The notes under the pieces: model-generated
Database searches by the model: none
What the model was told of the DNA's origin: nothing
The model's input: the letters and a program-made list of their open reading frames with translations, nothing else
Assembly (NCBI GenBank): GCA_022844165.1
Contig: JALHMH010000015.1
Location: 32,001-96,000 of the forward strand
Source of the DNA: Lysobacterales bacterium
Lineage (GTDB): Bacteria; Pseudomonadota; Gammaproteobacteria; Xanthomonadales; SZUA-5
Direction: 5' to 3'
DNA: 64,000 bases
In this document: positions 58,306 through 64,000 of the stretch, one piece after another
How positions within the stretch are numbered: the stretch's first letter is position 1
Layout: each line of letters starts with the position of its first letter
Position numbers and translations under genes: made by a program

Positions 58306-58746
58306 TCAATCCTGGAACTTCTGGCGACAGGCCCATCTGATCTCGCTAACTGCCTCTTTAGTCATGCCGGACTTGATGTACTTCAAGTAGCAGTCAGCGC
58401 GTGTGTGCGGTTTCGCAGCAATCCATGCCGGAACCGCCAGCGTAACAACAAGCGCCACGACAAGCGCCGTTCTCATCAGGAATGAATTCGGGCCACTGAG
58501 TCGAGCTGGAGCCGACAGCAGTATGACTGCACTCACGCTGGCAACGAAAAGCCAGCCAATCGGGCGTGGATAGCGTTTCCAGCCTGCCCCGAGTTCGAAG
58601 AGCCATCCTGAAGCCCCGGCAACCTGTGCTTCGTACGTTGCGAGCGTAATGGCTGCCCACACCCAAAGCACAACGAGCAGATTGCGCGGCTCACGCAATG
58701 CCTTCAAGGTAGCTGCGAACCAGTTTTTAGGTGTTGGCGAGGTCAC
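58306..58746 (-). CDS. Hypothetical membrane protein (3 TM)
   Basis: Three hydrophobic segments and a C-terminal Cys pair. Confidence 0.55.
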   Translation of the reverse strand: MTSPTPKNWFAATLKALREPRNLLVVLWVWAAITLATYEAQVAGASGWLFELGAGWKRYPRPIGWLFVASVSAVILLSAPARLSGPNSFLMRTALVVALVVTLAVPAWIAAKPHTRADCYLKYIKSGMTKEAVSEIRWACRQKFQD

Positions 58747-58817
58747 CGATTCCCACCTTGGAATAGCCGCGTCCGACGAGCAATATCATAGCGCTTACGT
58801 TTCGGAGTTGATGTCGA

Positions 58818-59198
58818 ATGGCTATTCGATACGACCATCTTTGCTCGTGGATCGCGCGCGCCGCAATGTGCCTTGTAGTGGTCCTACTGCTTGGTTGCGA
58901 GACGGCCGAAAATCGAGCAGCGCGCGAAGCCGAAAAGGCGGCGCGAATGGCCCTCGAAGAAGCCGAGTCGGAGGCGCGGGAACGTGCTTGGCGAGAGGAG
59001 GAAGCACGCGCAGAGCAACAGGTTCAGTCTGATATCGCTGCCTGCTCAACAGTCGCAGATGCCACGCGGTGCGAAGAGGCTTTCTGGTGCCGCGCCAATC
59101 CCGAGCAGTGTGTAGAGGAATTCGGAGACCCAGACTACTTCATCGACCAAGCTATCGACAGCATGGGCGAAGACTATGGCGATGACTACGGAAGGTAG
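58818..59198 (+). CDS. Putative lipoprotein
   Basis: Lipobox-like 'VVLLLGC', Glu/Ala/Arg-rich coil, Cys cluster, acidic tail. Confidence 0.55.
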   Translation: MAIRYDHLCSWIARAAMCLVVVLLLGCETAENRAAREAEKAARMALEEAESEARERAWREEEARAEQQVQSDIAACSTVADATRCEEAFWCRANPEQCVEEFGDPDYFIDQAIDSMGEDYGDDYGR

Positions 59199-59286
59199 GA
59201 AGTCGCCGAGAAACACCGCAGGCCGATTTACCGCGTGTCGCCCCTGGGCGATATCATCGACCGAGCGCATACAGTCGGGGGGCGAC

Positions 59287-59979
59287 ATGGCGTTTTGGAG
59301 ATGCTTTGCGATCTTGTCGATGGGCTTTCTCGCTTCTTGCGCAACCATCGATGTTGGGGTGAGTAGCTACAACTCTGGGCGCTATGACGAGGCGTACGAC
59401 ACGTTCCAACAATGTGCGCAGGAAGGTGAGCCGGCGTGCTACTACAACATGGCCCTGATGCACGAAAACGGAACTGCTCCCCGTGGAGGACGGCGCCACG
59501 CCGCAATCGAGTATTACAAGCTGGCGGCCAGGTACGGCGTACCCGCCGCTCAGTCCGCACTAATCAGGCTGGGGGAGGAGGTTCCTGACGCCGATCTTCA
59601 AGGCGCATATGAACTGCGCCGATTAGAGCAACAAGCCGCTCAGAATCGGGCCTTCTCGCAACTTGGTTGTGCCTTAGGCGGCGGAACCGATTGCTATGCG
59701 TCGCCAAGTTCGAGTACGGCTCGCGTTGTCGAAGATCGTGTTGACTGCTATCGAGATTCGCAGTGCGGGACGGGGGAAACATGTGTGCGGCCCGAGGGTA
59801 CGTACGGTGCCGGGCAATGTGCAACCCTAGTGAACGAGTACGGCGTCCGAGACTACTCGCCTGGAACCGGTGGCGTTCGAGACGTGAAAGCATGCACCTA
59901 CGATGGCGACTGCTCGATTGGATTTCGATGTTCGAAGAGAGGCGCCTATCAAGGCGTCTGCATAAAGAGCCGAAGGTGA
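59287..59979 (+). CDS. Putative lipoprotein with Sel1-like repeats and Cys-rich C-terminus
   Basis: 'GFLASC' lipobox; 'ACYYNMALMHENG...AIEYYKLAARYG'; two C-x5-C-x5-C modules. Confidence 0.7.
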   Translation: MAFWRCFAILSMGFLASCATIDVGVSSYNSGRYDEAYDTFQQCAQEGEPACYYNMALMHENGTAPRGGRRHAAIEYYKLAARYGVPAAQSALIRLGEEVPDADLQGAYELRRLEQQAAQNRAFSQLGCALGGGTDCYASPSSSTARVVEDRVDCYRDSQCGTGETCVRPEGTYGAGQCATLVNEYGVRDYSPGTGGVRDVKACTYDGDCSIGFRCSKRGAYQGVCIKSRR

Positions 59980-60275
59980 ACTCTCGCCGCCGCAAGTGAC
60001 AATCGGGGATCGATCGTACTCAGCCAGTTGCGGCCGACACCGTCAGATTCGTCTGCGCTTGTGTAGAAGGCAGGGAGGGAAGGCCGCTCTATTTTCCCTG
60101 CGCATCGCGCGCGCACGCGCGCGTACTGTTCGAGGAACTGTCGCCCTCCCATCGTCGACTGCGTTCGTTCTGCGGTTGACGTGGGCCATCGAAACCGGCA
60201 AGAGTGCGCGCATGCCATCGCTGCCCATCGCATTGCAATGTATGGCTAAGAATATGGTAAGCGCTGACGGCGAGA

Positions 60276-60313
60276 ACAAAAAAGCCCAAGCTTTCAAAGG
60301 CTTGGGCTTTGTT
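60276..60313 (-). terminator. Rho-independent terminator downstream of tRNA-Ser and its repeat
   Basis: aaagcccaag / cttgggcttt stem followed by a U-run on the minus strand. Confidence 0.7.
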
Positions 60314-60315
60314 GA

Positions 60316-60446
60316 TGGCGGAGAGGGTGGGATTGCGCGGGCCATCCATGGCCCGCGTCCCTTCGGGACTCGCATTCGCTCGCGCCCTCTCGGCATCCTG
60401 CCTCCGGGTCGAACCCGATGGGTTCTTCATCCCACCCTCGCCGCCA
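60316..60446. repeat. tRNA-linked palindromic element bounded by inverted copies of the tRNA-Ser 3' end
   Basis: 60316-60334 is identical to 60478-60496; 60429-60446 is its inverted copy with one mismatch; internal hairpin gcgggccat-cc-atggcccgc. Confidence 0.8.
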
Positions 60447-60477
60447 ATAACAAAGCCGCCCAGAGGCGGCTTTGAAT

Positions 60478-60568
60478 TGGCGGAGAGGGTGGGATTCGAA
60501 CCCACGTTACGGCGGAACCGTAAACCGGATTTCGAATCCGGCGCATTCGACCACTCTGCCACCTCTCC
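60478..60568 (-). tRNA. tRNA-Ser (CGA)
   Basis: 91-nt GGAGAGGTGGCAGAGTGG...ccggaTTCGAAAtccgg, long variable arm, GGTTCGAATCC, CCA end. Confidence 0.98.
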
Positions 60569-61012
60569 ATAAAGGGCGTGAATCGAAGGGGGCGGAGCAT
60601 ACGGAATGGGTTGCGGCAGGACAAGCAAGTTGCAGTTCGTGGGGTCTGCAAGCTCATTCACGTCGCTTGGGGCGGAGGATCGCCGGGATGAAAGTGCCAG
60701 ATTCGGTGCCTGTGAGATTTTGCGAGAATTGGCGCGGTGTTCGTTTCGTCCTTGAGGTATTTCTGCACGGGGACGCCCAAAAAAGCCCACTTTGGCCCCG
60801 GCAAAACGTTGAATTTTGCGTTTACGGGCGGGTGGTTTCGTGGTTATGTTGGACACGTGTGTTGCAAGCGCATTGCGCGCACGGCATCCTATCGGTGAAC
60901 GGGGGAGGTAGAACGTTTGCTCAACTTCAAACTATTGCAGCCAGAACCTCATTGCGCGGCCCTTACGCAGGCGTCTTCACGTGACCTTCGCTGAAACCTT
61001 CTCTCACCGCAT

Positions 61013-61723
61013 GTGCCGACGCTCATGATTGAATTCGGTCACGGAACTCACACTGGCTTGCGGCGTGAGCACAATGAAGACACCTATTGCGCCGATCCGG
61101 ATATGGGTCTGTGGCTGGTCGCAGACGGCATGGGTGGCCACGAACACGGTGAAGTCGCCAGTGCGCTTGCGCGCGACGTTGTGATCCGCGAAGTCAATCG
61201 CGGTAAGTCACTCGCGGATGCGATTCAGCTGGCGGATGAAGAGATCATTCGCCATTCGAACGAAAAGCGTAGCGAGCGGCCGATGGGGACTACCGTCGCA
61301 GCTGTGCGGGTTAATAACAACAACTACGAAGTTGCCTGGGTCGGCGATAGTCGTGTGTACTTCTGGAACGGTTCGCTGCGCCAGGTGTCGCAGGATCACT
61401 CGTATGTACAAGAGTTGATCGACCAGGGTGCTATCAGCCCGGCGCAAGCTCGTACGCACCCGCATCGCAATGTGGTTACGCAAGCGTTGGGCGTCACCTT
61501 GCCGGATCAGCTCAAGATCGAGACGTTGCGTGGGAGCCTGGCAACGGGTCAGGCGCTATTGGTCTGCAGCGACGGCCTGACCGAAGAGGTCGACGATCAG
61601 TTGATCGGCGAGATCTTAAATCGCGGCTTGAGTGCGCAGGAGACGGTCGATCACCTCATTCTTGCGGCGCTGGACCACGGCGGTTCGGACAACATCACGG
61701 TTCTGCTCGTCCGCTGCAGCTAA
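61013..61723 (+). CDS. PP2C-family Ser/Thr protein phosphatase
   Basis: 'REHNED', 'VADGMGGH', 'MGTT', 'VGDSR', 'CSDGL', 'GGSDNIT'. Confidence 0.95.
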   Translation: MPTLMIEFGHGTHTGLRREHNEDTYCADPDMGLWLVADGMGGHEHGEVASALARDVVIREVNRGKSLADAIQLADEEIIRHSNEKRSERPMGTTVAAVRVNNNNYEVAWVGDSRVYFWNGSLRQVSQDHSYVQELIDQGAISPAQARTHPHRNVVTQALGVTLPDQLKIETLRGSLATGQALLVCSDGLTEEVDDQLIGEILNRGLSAQETVDHLILAALDHGGSDNITVLLVRCS

Positions 61724-61726
61724 GCG

Positions 61727-62443
61727 ATGCGCCTGCATGCCTGGATGGCGTTGCTGATGCCTTTGGCGGCGTTCGCAATGTTCCAGTCGGGCCCGATGCT
61801 GATCTCCATGGCCAAAGCGCGAACGAGTTTTAGCGTCGATGAGCGGGTAGCACAATTTGGTCCTGCCGTTCGCGAGCGAGTGGCGTCTTCTTTCACCGAT
61901 GCCGGTATCGACTATCCACCCAGGCGACTGGCATTCCTGGCCTTTAAAGATGAGCGGATCCTCGAGGTGTACGCGCGTTCGTCGGACATTGATGTCTGGC
62001 GCCGTGTCCGGCGCTATCCCATTTTGGGTATGAGTGGTTCGCTCGGCCCAAAGACGCGCGAAGGTGACCTGCAGGTACCAGAGGGGGTTTATCGCTCGGA
62101 ATTTTTGAACGCCAATAGCCGTTTTCATCTGTCGATACGCGTCAACTACCCCAATGCGGAAGATCGTGCCATTGCGGCGCGCGAAGAGCGTGAGCGACTC
62201 GGCGGCGACATCATGATTCATGGCAGCGATGTGTCGATCGGTTGCCTTGCAATGGGCGATGAAGTTGCCGAGGATCTGTTCGTACTGGCGGCTGGCGCGA
62301 CGGCTGAGCCGTTGGCAATTCTGATCGCGCCGGTGGATTTTCGTCAGCGGGCTTTCCAGGCACCAGCCGACGCACCGGGTTGGTGGGAACAGCGTTACGC
62401 CACGCTCCGCGAAGCGCTCCAGGCCTTTCCGGTGCTGCCGTGA
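61727..62443 (+). CDS. L,D-transpeptidase family protein (YafK/DpaA-like)
   Basis: 'GPKTREGDLQVPEGVY', 'NYPN', 'IMIHGSDVSIGC'. Confidence 0.9.
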   Translation: MRLHAWMALLMPLAAFAMFQSGPMLISMAKARTSFSVDERVAQFGPAVRERVASSFTDAGIDYPPRRLAFLAFKDERILEVYARSSDIDVWRRVRRYPILGMSGSLGPKTREGDLQVPEGVYRSEFLNANSRFHLSIRVNYPNAEDRAIAAREERERLGGDIMIHGSDVSIGCLAMGDEVAEDLFVLAAGATAEPLAILIAPVDFRQRAFQAPADAPGWWEQRYATLREALQAFPVLP

Positions 62444-63375
62444 ACTGTATCTCCGAGGTTCGTTCGGTTTCCATTGGCGTGCGTGAACTGGATCGAAGCC
62501 TGGCGTTTTATCGCGAAGCGCTGGGTTATCGATTGATCGAGCGTATGCCGATCGATCCGCCACTGGCGCGTTGGTTGCGGATGCCTTGCGGCGGCGAATG
62601 CGCGGTGATCGCAGCAGACGGCAGCGGGCTGGGCCGATTGCGTCTGGTGGCCAGCGACCTGCCCGGCGATCCGCTTTGGACAGCGGAAAACGTGCTCAGC
62701 GCCAGTGGTTTCTATGCGCTGAATTTTCGTGCTCGCGATGTACACGCGTTGTTGCCTCGGATATTGGCTGCGGGCGGAAGTGGTCCGGCGCATCCGAGCC
62801 ATTGGGAGGTGAGCGAGGCGATCGCGGTCGACGATTCGATCACGCTCGACCCGGATGGTCATCGCCTGGACATATTTGCCTACACGCGCGGAGCAGAGTT
62901 GCGTGGCGCTTTGAATACGGACGTCAGCGTGCTGCAGACGATCGCACTGGCGACGCGCAATCTGCCACGATCCCGTCGGTTCTATGAGGCGCTTGGTTTC
63001 CAGATGTTGTTCGATCGCGTCCTGGATTTCGATGAGTTATCGACGCTGCTCGGTGTGGCCGGGCCGGTGCGAATCCACAACGTCAACTTGATGAAGGACG
63101 GCGCAATCGTACCGGGTCGCGTCGAGATGTTTGCGTACCTGGATGTTGAGCATTTGCCTGAGGTGCCGCTGGCGCAACGCGCGCACCCGCCGCACATCGG
63201 GATTCATGCGATGACGTTTCACACAGGCGATTTGATCGCCGCCCGAGCGCTCTTCGAGCGTGCCGGTGCTTCGCTTCAGTTGGCGATGGATGTGCGTTTG
63301 CCGGGGCTCGGAAACTGTGCCGGGCTGCTGTTTCACGGTCCCGACGGTGAGGCGATCGAGGTGGTACGTACCTAG
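62440..63375 (+). CDS. VOC/glyoxalase family protein (two domains)
   Basis: 'LDRSLAFYREALG', 'DPDGHRL', 'SRRFYEALGF', 'GPDGEAIEV'. Confidence 0.85.
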   Translation: MNCISEVRSVSIGVRELDRSLAFYREALGYRLIERMPIDPPLARWLRMPCGGECAVIAADGSGLGRLRLVASDLPGDPLWTAENVLSASGFYALNFRARDVHALLPRILAAGGSGPAHPSHWEVSEAIAVDDSITLDPDGHRLDIFAYTRGAELRGALNTDVSVLQTIALATRNLPRSRRFYEALGFQMLFDRVLDFDELSTLLGVAGPVRIHNVNLMKDGAIVPGRVEMFAYLDVEHLPEVPLAQRAHPPHIGIHAMTFHTGDLIAARALFERAGASLQLAMDVRLPGLGNCAGLLFHGPDGEAIEVVRT

Positions 63376-63601
63376 CGAGGTTTTGCCTCAGACCGACCAG
63401 CATTGCTGGCTTCATCCTAAAGCGTACTCACCACAACCCCGCGCTTCGCATTTCCGGCCCAGCGGCGCAGCCGCCGGGCGTTCGACTCGGCACACGCCTG
63501 CGGCGCGTCAGCGCCGAGTCTCACCCCCGTAACTTAAGGGGCTGCTAAAGCCAATGCCGCTCCGCAGAAAATTTGACTCAAATGTACAGATCCGGCTCCG
63601 T
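63372..63601. repeat. Dispersed multi-hairpin repeat, copy 3 (inverted)
   Basis: Reverse complement of copies 1 and 2; begins ctagcgagg, overlapping the TAG stop of the VOC gene. Confidence 0.85.
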
Positions 63602-63928
63602 CGAGCGGGTGATCGGATCTGCGTCAGGCCAAATTTCACCGGAGATTGAGTCCAGTTGCTTTGGGGGCCACTCAGGACCGCCTGCTTCCGTTCACCTGCG
63701 TTTGTTCGAATTCTGAGCGGCAGGCATCTACAGATCAGGCACTTAAGTTAGTGTTTCCGGGCAGGTCTCTCTTTTTCGGCAGGTTTCGCTTAACCAGGTG
63801 CCGGGCGGTCACCCCCTTTAGACGCTTGCCCGTGTCATGCGCCGCTGTTATACAAGCGGGCTGATTTCGCGCGGTTTGGATGCGTCCGTCAACCGTATCG
63901 CGCCTTTTGCCAGGAGAGTTGTATCCCG

Positions 63929-64000
63929 ATGGCCACCAAAGCCAAAGCAAAAATCGAAGCCGCGCCCCAATCGATGGCGGAGTCGAAGGTCAAGAATCTG
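63929..64000 (+). CDS. Partial ORF running off the window (MATKAKAKIEAAPQ...)
   Basis: ATG preceded by aggag; open to the end of the window. Confidence 0.45.
   Translation, partial: MATKAKAKIEAAPQSMAESKVKNL

Larger units (their letters stand above)
54774..60334. mobile_element. Decayed phage-satellite-like integrative element adjacent to tRNA-Ser
   Basis: Integrase remnant, AlpA-like and Rep-like genes, palindromic iteron-like array and cargo genes; right end at a duplicated tRNA 3' end; left att not found. Confidence 0.75.

Noticed and set aside
60316-60446. Second tRNA-Ser gene
   Set aside because: Only the 3'-terminal 19 nt match. No D-arm or anticodon arm can be formed.
60570-61010. 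Long intergenic region as a possible sRNA locus
   Set aside because: Adequately explained by divergent promoters for tRNA-Ser and the PP2C operon. No clear structure or terminator seen.

Overview
This is a GC-rich chromosomal window from a gammaproteobacterium. Gene order (serC-pheA-hisC-aroA-cmk-rpsA-ihfB-lapA-lapB-wbpL/wbpM, bamE/fur, hslVU) and secreted proteins ending in 'LFANGFE' point, by inference, to Lysobacterales/Xanthomonadales. It holds about 60 CDS, RNase P RNA, tRNA-Phe(GAA) and tRNA-Ser(CGA). Accessory features on this backbone: (1) an orphan Rhs-type toxin C-terminus with a DUF5675/L,D-transpeptidase-like domain, plus a putative immunity gene; (2) three ORFs within ~2.2 kb whose products all end in F-x-x-G-F-E, a candidate sorting signal; (3) a ~230-290 bp multi-hairpin dispersed repeat in three copies, and a 143-bp MITE with perfect 17-bp TIRs and a CTGA duplication; (4) an AT-richer SET-domain/membrane-protein pair beside a kinase-less cNMP-FHA / degenerate-FHA / STAS trio; (5) vapBC and an orphan hicB inside the serC-aroA operon; (6) a PRMT-like methyltransferase with an RRE/PqqD-like N-terminus; (7) a decayed ~5.5 kb satellite-like element next to tRNA-Ser with an integrase remnant, FRG gene, AlpA-like and Rep-like genes, and five helically phased 19-bp palindromes forming a candidate origin. 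All calls come from reading motifs by eye. No database searches were run.
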